A DNA stretch of 64,000 bases from a virus: positions 1-64,000 of IMG/VR virus record IMGVR_UViG_3300017917_001172; one strand, 5' to 3'. Shown here piece after piece: positions 6,313 through 15,116 of the stretch. The notes beneath the pieces are model-generated. The model saw nothing but the letters and a program-made list of their open reading frames with translations. It ran no database searches and was not told the origin of the DNA. Position numbers and translations under genes: made by a program. Each line of letters starts with the position of its first letter. The stretch's first letter is position 1.

Positions 6313-9300
6313 TTAATAACCATTGGCTGTGTTGGTCAGCAAGCTCTTGCTAACGCTCTGCACACCAAACAATGTCTTAGCATCTGTTTCAGTGATACCA
6401 AAATTTGTTGCTAGCGTGGCTAACATGATTCTCTGTGCTAGGGCCACGACTACTTCTAACTGAATGTTAGTTGTGGCAAGATATTCTTTTGTTAAACCAG
6501 ACAGCTCTTCTGTATAGACTGTGTTTTGAAGACCTTCTATGCGCATGAGTTGGCTTATTATCTCTGTCTCGTTACCCAAGACTATTCCATCAGATGGAAC
6601 GTTCTCTTCGTCGAAATTCAATGCTAGGTCTAATCTATCGGTTTCATACAAAAACTCAATAGGATTGTTATTGTATTTTTCCACCATCATGTCAGACATG
6701 ATCACTTGTCCATCTAGCGTGAATAAGAGCTGCCTTATGCAATTCTGCATCAAAAGATCTATATCGGGTTTAAGAGCCTCTACGTTCTGCGAATATTTCT
6801 TTATCAGGTATTGATAATATGTTTCAACTTCTGAATTAACCTGGACATACAATTCTGCAGCTCTTTCAGCATTTTCTGCCCATATGCCTGTCCACGAAGT
6901 ATAATTCGTGTAGGTTGGACCAACACCGTCATTGGTTTCAAAGTTGCTTGAATTGATGCCTGCTGCTCTAGCTCTTGCTTTGTTTCTAGATAGCATGAGG
7001 GCTGCTTGTATCCTCTGTCCATACACATCATTAGTCGTTATCTTGCGTAGATAATCTGCTGCTCTGCCCGATCCAGTCTCGCGTGCAAGATTTTCCAGGC
7101 TGGACGCAAACTCCCATACCTGCATCTTCTCTGCCCTGCCGTCAAAATATCCAGTCCTGTAAACTACTGCTATCCTTGTGTTGAAGGCCGGTGCTGCCGG
7201 AAGGGTTATGGTGTTAGCGGTAGTGTTGACTGTATAATTGGTAGGTGCTTGCCACACACCGCTTATGAACACATCTAAGTCATCAGTGTCATCTATGTCA
7301 ACGCTGAGTGGCAGCACTTGAGTGGTACCATCTCCTATGAACTGATCTGTCTTCTTAGCTGGACCAAGTTGGAAACCATATTCCTTCCTTAGCTTGTGTT
7401 CTCTTGCCAGCAGCATGGCGCTCTCAGTGTGCAGCGAGTCAAGCTCTAACATGAGCGAAGTGACAGTAAGGTCGTTGTCACTTTCTATGGTGCTCTTGGC
7501 ATATTCAAGCTCATCTTCGATAGCATCAACTATGTCAGAAACTGCGTCATCTAAGGTATTATAGATTCCAAATGAATAGCCTGCTGTGGTAGGCGGTTGC
7601 ACAGTGTTTGGCGATGGGAATATACCTGGGACCGTGTAGACACCATTCAACGTATCTTCTAGCAGTGCCAGCAGATCAGCATAATCATCGAAATAAGTTG
7701 TGTCATTGTACAGTTCGGCTTGTATCTCTGCTATCCTAGGTATGGTCACTTCATGTATGTAACCAGCAGCAGTGCCTATGAAGTCAGCTACCGACAAGGA
7801 ACCATCTTCGGTGAAGAACCCAACTGGTGCATACTTCTCTCCTAGTTCACTCATCTGCCTGTAGTCGTATGTGGCAGGATCGCCAGTTATGAGGCTAGTG
7901 TCATACGGCACCTCGAAAGACACAAGCAAGTTGCCTAGATCAGACAGCGTGGTCATGTAACCTCTGCTGTTCACGAACAACATGCTTAGGAAAACAGCAA
8001 TGTCATTGAGCTTGTTGAAATAGTTGTAATCGTAGCTTTGTGGGAAGATCCATTGCGGATCAAGCAAGGAACCTAAGGTAGGAGGAGTCAATGTTGGATC
8101 TATTTCTAAAGCCTGGATTACCACATCTATCGCATCAGGATCGATCACTGATTCTAGGAATTCTGCTATCTGATTGTCGTAGATAGGGTCTGATAGATCA
8201 CGTATGTTTAGCTTTTCCTGCTGCATATATTGCAATAAGCCACAGCTAGCCCCTGCACCATTGATTATTATCTGCTGCGCTATCTGTCCAGCAGTACCGA
8301 TTCTCAACATGTCATTGAGGTCAGCTAATTTGCCCAAGGCTTGTAAATCTGATCCCAGTGCAATGACATTGTTGGTGATGGTACCAAAGCCACGGGTAAC
8401 ATATGCATCCCAATCATAGAACAAGCTAGAAAAGGCATTTATGTTATCCCTGCTGACGATGTCTCTGAGCACTACGTCGGGATCACCTAACCACTGGGCG
8501 GGCTGTATCGTGAGATCTATAGCACTTCTGACCTCGCCGATGGTGGGACCATCTAGTTCTATCCATGCGTTTTCGTCATTGGGCAAACCACTAACATTGG
8601 CCCAATTGTTTAGATCAAGGTCAGTCCAGAGATATCTTGCATTACCAAACACGTTGTTAACAGTGTTCTTCATGGTAAATTGAAGGCTGTTAGCATAGTT
8701 TTGTGCTGCCAGTGCTGCATTAAAGACGCTGATGAATCTTTCTAACTTAGGAGGACTGCTCTTGCTGAATATCTGATTAGCAGTAGAAGTTATCTTATCG
8801 GATACCTGTCCTTGGACGATACCGGTTGCTGATACTAGCTCAGGTGGCATGTTGCCTACCACGCTAGGCAAGATGCTGGCTCCCATTCCGGCTATCTTAT
8901 CTGACACTGCTTGGGTTATTGCAGAAGTGGGATCAGCGAGTGCAGCTGGTGACAGTGGCAATGCACCGCCTAGGAAGTTTTGGGCAGCACTAGTGATACC
9001 TGCCATGGCTGCTGCTAATGGACTGCCACCGGTGAGGACCCCAGCTAGACCTTGCACTATGCTAGGCACATCTAGGCCTAGGTTCTGGCTAAGACCTGCT
9101 GCTATCTGAGGTGCCGAGCTGTTGATGGGCTGGCACCCGCTTCCGCCGCCGCCGCCTGCGCAAGGATCTCCACCGCCGCCTGGTGAGCTGCCGCCAGCTT
9201 GATTGGCTGCTCCGGGTCCTGGGTTCTCTCCGCGTGTGGCACTGTTGACATAACCTTGATTGTTACCCCAGCGCCTCTGGCTCTGTCCTTTCCAATCAGC

Positions 9301-9825
9301 ATGCACGAAACCGGAATCATAATATGAAAGACCCCTCGCACCATTGGCATTGAGATTGTAGATGTATTCGTTCATCTTGGCGCTGCCAGCATACTGTACC
9401 TGGCCACCACATACCAGATAGGTATCCAAGGCTAGGCCATTGAAGTGCGCAGATCCCGGCTTGTCTCTGTAGGCTTTGCCGCCATTGGGACTGACTCTAG
9501 CTTGGCAACCAGAAGGAACCGATTTCAACACGTTTTGTTGGACGGCAGAGCTAACGCCTTGTGTGCTGCCACTGCCGGGCGCGAATCCACTAGAGCTACT
9601 GGTCTCGCCTATCGCACCAGTGTTAGATGGAGTGCCAGTGGGACTAGCAGCGCCGCAACCAGAGCTAGGAGTTCCACCAACTAGCTGGTTAGCGCCATCG
9701 GCTGCGCCTGTACCAAATCTATCACCGTAGGCACCAGTCGCTGCTTTAGCTGCTGATATCTCAGCAGCTGATGGCTTTGCTTGTGGTGCAGCCCTGCCTT
9801 GGGATAATCTACCTTCGTCTGCCAT
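6313..9825 (-). CDS. large virion (baseplate/spike-associated) protein with N-terminal peptidase M15-like domain
   Basis: SAHFNGLALD..FVHAD zinc motif; FIGDGTT...VFISGVWQAP..YT phage structural repeat; directly downstream of PAAR. Confidence 0.6.
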   Translation of the reverse strand: MADEGRLSQGRAAPQAKPSAAEISAAKAATGAYGDRFGTGAADGANQLVGGTPSSGCGAASPTGTPSNTGAIGETSSSSGFAPGSGSTQGVSSAVQQNVLKSVPSGCQARVSPNGGKAYRDKPGSAHFNGLALDTYLVCGGQVQYAGSAKMNEYIYNLNANGARGLSYYDSGFVHADWKGQSQRRWGNNQGYVNSATRGENPGPGAANQAGGSSPGGGGDPCAGGGGGSGCQPINSSAPQIAAGLSQNLGLDVPSIVQGLAGVLTGGSPLAAAMAGITSAAQNFLGGALPLSPAALADPTSAITQAVSDKIAGMGASILPSVVGNMPPELVSATGIVQGQVSDKITSTANQIFSKSSPPKLERFISVFNAALAAQNYANSLQFTMKNTVNNVFGNARYLWTDLDLNNWANVSGLPNDENAWIELDGPTIGEVRSAIDLTIQPAQWLGDPDVVLRDIVSRDNINAFSSLFYDWDAYVTRGFGTITNNVIALGSDLQALGKLADLNDMLRIGTAGQIAQQIIINGAGASCGLLQYMQQEKLNIRDLSDPIYDNQIAEFLESVIDPDAIDVVIQALEIDPTLTPPTLGSLLDPQWIFPQSYDYNYFNKLNDIAVFLSMLFVNSRGYMTTLSDLGNLLVSFEVPYDTSLITGDPATYDYRQMSELGEKYAPVGFFTEDGSLSVADFIGTAAGYIHEVTIPRIAEIQAELYNDTTYFDDYADLLALLEDTLNGVYTVPGIFPSPNTVQPPTTAGYSFGIYNTLDDAVSDIVDAIEDELEYAKSTIESDNDLTVTSLMLELDSLHTESAMLLAREHKLRKEYGFQLGPAKKTDQFIGDGTTQVLPLSVDIDDTDDLDVFISGVWQAPTNYTVNTTANTITLPAAPAFNTRIAVVYRTGYFDGRAEKMQVWEFASSLENLARETGSGRAADYLRKITTNDVYGQRIQAALMLSRNKARARAAGINSSNFETNDGVGPTYTNYTSWTGIWAENAERAAELYVQVNSEVETYYQYLIKKYSQNVEALKPDIDLLMQNCIRQLLFTLDGQVIMSDMMVEKYNNNPIEFLYETDRLDLALNFDEENVPSDGIVLGNETEIISQLMRIEGLQNTVYTEELSGLTKEYLATTNIQLEVVVALAQRIMLATLATNFGITETDAKTLFGVQSVSKSLLTNTANGY

Positions 9826-9826
9826 G

Positions 9827-10111
9827 TTAATTCTTACCCACTATGAAGGTGCTGCTGCCTTCTGCTCTAGAATGGCCACAGGTATCTTTGTCTCCCACCA
9901 CGTTGACTGGAATTCCATCTACTAGGAATAGTCGCGTTCCTTGTGCGGTCTTAGCATTACAGTGTTTCTTGACCTTGGGACAGGGTTTGTGCGGGCTGAC
10001 TGGGCTACCATCAACGCTAACTGGTTTGCCATCTATTATGAAGTTTTTGTTACCTTTTATGACCCTACCACCTGCATCGTTTTTGTCGCCTTCACGAACT
10101 ACTTTTGGCAT
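9827..10111 (-). CDS. PAAR spike-tip protein (gp5.4-like)
   Basis: R.GD, DGKPV..DG, H..C....H, GD...CGH...GS..F motifs. Confidence 0.9.
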   Translation of the reverse strand: MPKVVREGDKNDAGGRVIKGNKNFIIDGKPVSVDGSPVSPHKPCPKVKKHCNAKTAQGTRLFLVDGIPVNVVGDKDTCGHSRAEGSSTFIVGKN

Positions 10112-10162
10112 ATGTGAACCTCCAATCTAGCTGTATTTAACACCGCATGATTGGAGTGTTTT

Positions 10163-10741
10163 TTAATATACGTTTATGTTTATCACACAGCGCATGCCAG
10201 TTTGGGGCTGTCCTGCGGTATGGAAATAGCTACCATCAAAAAGCACTGCCCTGCCCTGCTTAGGCTTTACTCTTTGTATTACTGCTTTATCATCATAAGG
10301 CAATATGGTTGTAGCCGTGCTATTTGCTCTCATGTTGCTAATGAGGGTTTCACCATCCGCATCGATCACGTAATACAGCACCACTAGGTGAGGATGAAAA
10401 GGATCAGTATCCACATGGAAGTTATCCTCCTGCTTTCCTATAAGTGCCCTGTTAAGGGGGAATTGCAACAAGGTCTTGGCATGCGCTATGGCCTTAAAGT
10501 TCCACCCATATCTGGCTGCGCCGAGATGAGCCAATGCATCTATGTCTAAGGTGCTGATCTTCTGACCGTTGTCATATATCATGTGGCTCATCGATGGCCT
10601 AAATTGCAGTGATTGTGGGGTGGTTATGTCATCTACGTAATACCAAGGAAACTGTCCTTCGAACAGATATCTCTTGTACTTCTCCTGTAAGCTTAACGGT
10701 ATGAGATCGTCAACTACGATGATGTCCTTAGGGCTTGACAT
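10163..10741 (-). CDS. 2OG-Fe(II) oxygenase
   Basis: HVD...LYYV.DADG.T...PKQGR..LFDG..FH..R..IN.N. Confidence 0.8.
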   Translation of the reverse strand: MSSPKDIIVVDDLIPLSLQEKYKRYLFEGQFPWYYVDDITTPQSLQFRPSMSHMIYDNGQKISTLDIDALAHLGAARYGWNFKAIAHAKTLLQFPLNRALIGKQEDNFHVDTDPFHPHLVVLYYVIDADGETLISNMRANSTATTILPYDDKAVIQRVKPKQGRAVLFDGSYFHTAGQPQTGMRCVININVY

Positions 10742-11057
10742 TAAGCAAACTCTCCATGGAGCTAGCTGGCTTTATACCGCTGGTGCCGCGTATGTATTCA
10801 TCTGCGACTTCCTTCTTGGCAGGAGCATGCAATGCTACAGCTGACTTGTTCAGGCTCACCTTTGCGTTTGCAAGTTCTGCCGAAAACATAGCCGGAACCA
10901 TACCTAAGCTGCCCTGCGGCGTAGGAATGAGATTAACTGGTTTAGTCACGTAAAACGTAGTTTCTGTTTCCTCAGAATATCTAGCTATCATCTCTTCACC
11001 TGATGTGAGCTTGAAGCTGATTATGTCGTTGAGCGCGTAGCCTTTTTGGATTATCAT
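10728..11057 (-). CDS. conserved phage protein (possible Sm-like fold)
   Basis: KLTSGEE.IAR motif typical of small T4-like phage proteins. Confidence 0.55.
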   Translation of the reverse strand: MIIQKGYALNDIISFKLTSGEEMIARYSEETETTFYVTKPVNLIPTPQGSLGMVPAMFSAELANAKVSLNKSAVALHAPAKKEVADEYIRGTSGIKPASSMESLLNVKP

Positions 11058-11305
11058 TGTAGCCTCTTTAATATGTCTTCTACCCTCATGGTTTTGAGGC
11101 TAGTCCATCCACCAGGAACTAACAGGTTGTCACCTGCAAATAGCACTGGCAGCGTCTTGTGCCCCTGTGAGATTAGCATTTCCCTAGCTTCTGAATCGTC
11201 AGTTATGTTTACTTCTTGGTATGCGATACCAAGCTTCTTTAGATGGTCTTTTGCCTGTGTGCAATAACCACAACCTGTCTTGGTGTAAATGGTCAATGTC
11301 TTCAT
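11054..11305 (-). CDS. glutaredoxin (NrdH/NrdC-like)
   Basis: CGYC active site, TLP, GG; near nrdB. Confidence 0.9.
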   Translation of the reverse strand: MKTLTIYTKTGCGYCTQAKDHLKKLGIAYQEVNITDDSEAREMLISQGHKTLPVLFAGDNLLVPGGWTSLKTMRVEDILKRLQ

Positions 11306-11317
11306 TCCTTCATCCTT

Positions 11318-12058
11318 TCATCTACCTTCTACTAGAGTGAGATGCAGGCTGAAAAACGGCATTTCGCTCTTTGTATGTCCTGGGTTAGCGTATATATCTT
11401 TGTTCATCAAGGCATAGCCATGCTGATAGATAGCGTGCCTGATGTAACCTATGCTGGGCGTCAACCATTCATCTAGGCGGCGGTCATAGGTCATGCGTCC
11501 GGGCGTCCACTCAGGTCCTATGTGCGTGTCTTCTGCATGATAGAATATGGAGTGATTGTTTAGATTAACGAATCGCTCAATGATGATCACATCAGTGACT
11601 TGCTTGCTGCGCAGATGGGCTATGAAGTCATACCAGTTCTCGATGGTCACGTTCCTGACTAGGACGCAATCTCCGTACTTGAAATCATAGTCCTGCCAGC
11701 GTGCCTGGCATATCTTGTCGTAAGGCACATGCTTGCGCAGGAAGTCATAATTCTCTTGGTTAGGCTCCATTGCTATCAGCTCAGTGGGATCGCAGAAGCG
11801 CAGGCCTAGATAGGCTGCACCTATGCCAGCACCAACATCGACTATGCGCCTGTCCCTGAACACGTCATACCATCTCAGCAGATGCTTGAGATTGCGGCAT
11901 TGCCTCAACAAGGTGTAATAGTCTGACTTGTTGATGTTGCCTATGCCAAATGGAAACTTGCACTCGTGCTTGACTGCAAGTATGAGTTCCATCTGTTGAT
12001 GTATCTCTTTTCTCTTGGTCCTGAAGAATTCTCTTGCAGGATCAAAATTACGCCTCAT
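11318..12058 (-). CDS. class I SAM-dependent methyltransferase
   Basis: IVDVGAGIG motif I, AMEP motif II. Confidence 0.75.
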   Translation of the reverse strand: MRRNFDPAREFFRTKRKEIHQQMELILAVKHECKFPFGIGNINKSDYYTLLRQCRNLKHLLRWYDVFRDRRIVDVGAGIGAAYLGLRFCDPTELIAMEPNQENYDFLRKHVPYDKICQARWQDYDFKYGDCVLVRNVTIENWYDFIAHLRSKQVTDVIIIERFVNLNNHSIFYHAEDTHIGPEWTPGRMTYDRRLDEWLTPSIGYIRHAIYQHGYALMNKDIYANPGHTKSEMPFFSLHLTLVEGR

Positions 12059-13158
12059 AGGCTCATGCCTTTGAACGTGTCTGTGTTAGCATCCTGCTTG
12101 ATGGCACCAATGGTATAGCTAGAGATCTCTGTCTCCTGGGGAGCGACCTGCACTTCCATGCCCGAGATCCACTTCTGCGTCCACGGTAGCGGGTTAGATC
12201 CGATCTTGTATGGGCTAGGCAGACCAACTGATTGCATGCGCCTTGCGGTGATGTACTCAACATATTCGTTCAGCAATTGCTCGTTAAGACCAATCATTGA
12301 ACCATCCTTGAACAGATAGTGTGCCCATGCCTTCTCTTGGTTGGCAGCATCCACGAACATCTTGATGCTCTCTTCCTTGGTCTCCTCAGCGATCTTGACA
12401 AAGTCTGGATCATCCTTGGGCAAGGTCTTGAGCAGCATCTGCGTGCCTGCTAGATGCAAGTTCTCGTCACGGGCGATGAACTTGATGATCTTGGCATTGC
12501 CTTCCATCTTCTTGACCTCAGCGAATGCCCATGAGCAAGCAAAGCTGACATAGAAACGAACACCTTCTAGGATGTTGACTGACATGAGCGCAAGCCACAA
12601 TGCTCGCTTGTGACGATATTCGTTGCCCTTGTAGGCTTCAGGATCTGTGTGATAGAGATTGTTGAGCTCGATCAGTTCGTCATAGTTCTTGGTAATGTCC
12701 TTGGCGCAATCAACGATCTCAGCAATGTCCATCATCTCATCAAAGATCTTTGAAGGATCAGAATAGACGTTGCGTATGATATGAGTGTATGAACGGCTGT
12801 GGATTGTTTCACTGAACGTCCAAGTAGTGATCCAGTTCTCGAGTTCTGGTAGACTGCAAATTGGACCAAAAGCCACGCTTGGTGCGCGGCCCTGCACTGA
12901 ATCCAACAGGATCTGCCTCTTGAGGTTGCTGGTAAAGATGTGCTGTTCGTGTGCAGTGAGAGCCTTGAAATCCTTGGCATCACGGAAGGTGTCCACTTCC
13001 TCTGGGCGCCAGAAGAAGCTGAGCTGCTTATCAGTCAGCTTGTCAATAGCTGGATATTTCATAGTGTCGTATCGCTGGATGGTCACTCCGCCATTTGGAT
13101 CTAGGAATGCTAGGCTCTTGGTGTGGTCGCTCTTGTTGTCTATGTCAAATACGCTCAT
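12055..13158 (-). CDS. nrdB: ribonucleotide reductase class Ia beta subunit
   Basis: FFWRPEE, LLDSVQGR, ETIHSRSY, EGVRFYVSF, RDENLH, VAPQE. Confidence 0.97.
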   Translation of the reverse strand: MSVFDIDNKSDHTKSLAFLDPNGGVTIQRYDTMKYPAIDKLTDKQLSFFWRPEEVDTFRDAKDFKALTAHEQHIFTSNLKRQILLDSVQGRAPSVAFGPICSLPELENWITTWTFSETIHSRSYTHIIRNVYSDPSKIFDEMMDIAEIVDCAKDITKNYDELIELNNLYHTDPEAYKGNEYRHKRALWLALMSVNILEGVRFYVSFACSWAFAEVKKMEGNAKIIKFIARDENLHLAGTQMLLKTLPKDDPDFVKIAEETKEESIKMFVDAANQEKAWAHYLFKDGSMIGLNEQLLNEYVEYITARRMQSVGLPSPYKIGSNPLPWTQKWISGMEVQVAPQETEISSYTIGAIKQDANTDTFKGMSL

Positions 13159-13200
13159 GATAATAATCCTTGTCTTCTAACTATAAGCTCTAATGATTGA

Positions 13201-14418
13201 TCAAGCAAAATAATCTTGCATACTGCCTTCACGATCTAAATCTAGCGTGACGCAATGCAGCCCGCCGTCCCAGAAGTGTCTATGCCTCCAAGGTACTATG
13301 TGTGGAGTCATGCCGTGCCGCTCAAAAGCATCAAATGCTTTCTTATTGTAAGAACACACCAATATGTTCTTCTCGTCGATGACCAAGGCATTGACATCAA
13401 ACACCGTTTCTTCAACGTAACCAACCCAATCTCTCATCCAAGTCTCAACTAGCTGTATGAGATCTTCGTCATGCTCATGACCCGGTATCCACCACTTGCC
13501 GGCATTCTTTATCTTGAGCTTTTCCCAATCTTGAACCTTATGCCATGCTTCGTTATTGAGATGGACTATCTCCCAGCTTGGAAAGTTAACATGATGGTCT
13601 GGTACATCAGCTATACTAAGCAATAACCCAGGTTTAACAGGACAGATAACACCATCAACATGCCCGTTGCTGTTGACAAATTTTATGCGATGCTCTCGGA
13701 AATGATTCTTGAGCGGGTCTAACGATGCTTGATCGATCATGTGATCGTCGATACCAAAATATAAGTCCCGTCCAAGCCTTATGACTCCGTTTGGATACAA
13801 TCTATCTAATATAGATATATCTTTCTTAGTGATTACTCGGCTTCCTGCAGACATGACATTCTGGATGATTGGATCAAAGAAGCCAAAGTTCCTGACCGCA
13901 TCTCTATGGGTGTTCTGTACCATAGCATAGTCTTTATCATAGATCTTTGTTGACTGAGCGATAGATAACAGCACTTCATCTTCGATATATTTCTCGATCG
14001 GCTTCTTACCTAAAATTGAAGATATGCTAGCCTTGATGCCATACCCAGCTAGCAATCCTGTGGTCTGCTTGGCTATCAACCTATCATCTAGATTGAACAC
14101 ATAGAGCTTGCTACCTATCATGCACAGCTCATCTCTAGGAACCATGCTGACTGGACCGGGTATCCTATCGCCTGGTTTAAATTTTACATGATATTGATCT
14201 AGGCTCGTAGCTGTCCTAGGCCTGATTACGTTGACACCAAACTTTTCTAATGTCTTGATCAGTCCTTGGTAATCTTCTTCGGTCTCCATAGCGATCTTCT
14301 CGAAGAGCGAACGCAGGCGTGGGTTAGTTATCCAACTGTAAAACTCAGGTGGATAGCTAGCACCTACGGCACAGGTCTTGAGTTTTTGGAAATGCGAGTA
14401 GCTAGAATACAAGATCAA
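13201..14418 (-). CDS. amidinotransferase family (glycine/inosamine-phosphate amidinotransferase-like)
   Basis: PRD, GHVDG, FDVN, FWDGGLHCVTLD catalytic motifs. Confidence 0.85.
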   Translation of the reverse strand: MILYSSYSHFQKLKTCAVGASYPPEFYSWITNPRLRSLFEKIAMETEEDYQGLIKTLEKFGVNVIRPRTATSLDQYHVKFKPGDRIPGPVSMVPRDELCMIGSKLYVFNLDDRLIAKQTTGLLAGYGIKASISSILGKKPIEKYIEDEVLLSIAQSTKIYDKDYAMVQNTHRDAVRNFGFFDPIIQNVMSAGSRVITKKDISILDRLYPNGVIRLGRDLYFGIDDHMIDQASLDPLKNHFREHRIKFVNSNGHVDGVICPVKPGLLLSIADVPDHHVNFPSWEIVHLNNEAWHKVQDWEKLKIKNAGKWWIPGHEHDEDLIQLVETWMRDWVGYVEETVFDVNALVIDEKNILVCSYNKKAFDAFERHGMTPHIVPWRHRHFWDGGLHCVTLDLDREGSMQDYFA

Positions 14419-15104
14419 ATCCCATGTTTTTCAATCACTAACCTTATGTTTCCATCTAAACATGCATCAATGCCGTATTTGGTGAAATCAATCTCAACAG
14501 AAAGAAAGGTGCAGTTTAATTTGAGCAACTCTGTTCTCAGATGTTCTGTATTGTTATCAAAATACGCATCTGATTTTAGCTTGTTCACCATAGCCCTGTC
14601 GTTATCAAAAGTACATTCAATCATTCGCACAAAGTTAAAAGTGATGTATGCCCTGCCTCCTGGTTTTAGTATAGATAGCACCTGTTCCAACGTTGATTTG
14701 AATTTAGATACTTTGATGAAATGCAATGAATTGATTGCAATTATAGATTCGTAGCATTCTTGATTGCACCGAACAAAATTATCATCAAAGGAATCTTTAA
14801 TGTCAGCCGATTCGTGTTCAGGATCGATTCCAACTATGTTCTTATAAAATGCCTTCCAAACGTTGCTACCGCATCCTATATCATATATCGTAGTAGGATT
14901 CTTTTCCAACAAGAAATTGATGTAATAAAAAGGATCAACTGAGAACACTTTCTTCATGAAACGTTCTCTAGGCGTGAAAGGTATTAAATTGTAGGCATCG
15001 CCGTTCTGAACAAGCTCATAGCCATCTTCGGCCAATGACTTGCCAATTTCTGTCTTAGAAAATAAGTCCAAGAAATCAGCAGGTATTGGCCTCAGATTTT
15101 GCAT
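14415..15104 (-). CDS. class I SAM-dependent methyltransferase
   Basis: IYDIGCG, GIDP, NSLHF, LKPGG; AT-rich. Confidence 0.8.
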   Translation of the reverse strand: MQNLRPIPADFLDLFSKTEIGKSLAEDGYELVQNGDAYNLIPFTPRERFMKKVFSVDPFYYINFLLEKNPTTIYDIGCGSNVWKAFYKNIVGIDPEHESADIKDSFDDNFVRCNQECYESIIAINSLHFIKVSKFKSTLEQVLSILKPGGRAYITFNFVRMIECTFDNDRAMVNKLKSDAYFDNNTEHLRTELLKLNCTFLSVEIDFTKYGIDACLDGNIRLVIEKHGI

Positions 15105-15116
15105 TTGCTGGTCCTG

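Noticed and set aside
9827-10111. Type VI secretion system
   Set aside because: A single PAAR in phage structural context is the gp5.4-type spike tip; no T6SS genes
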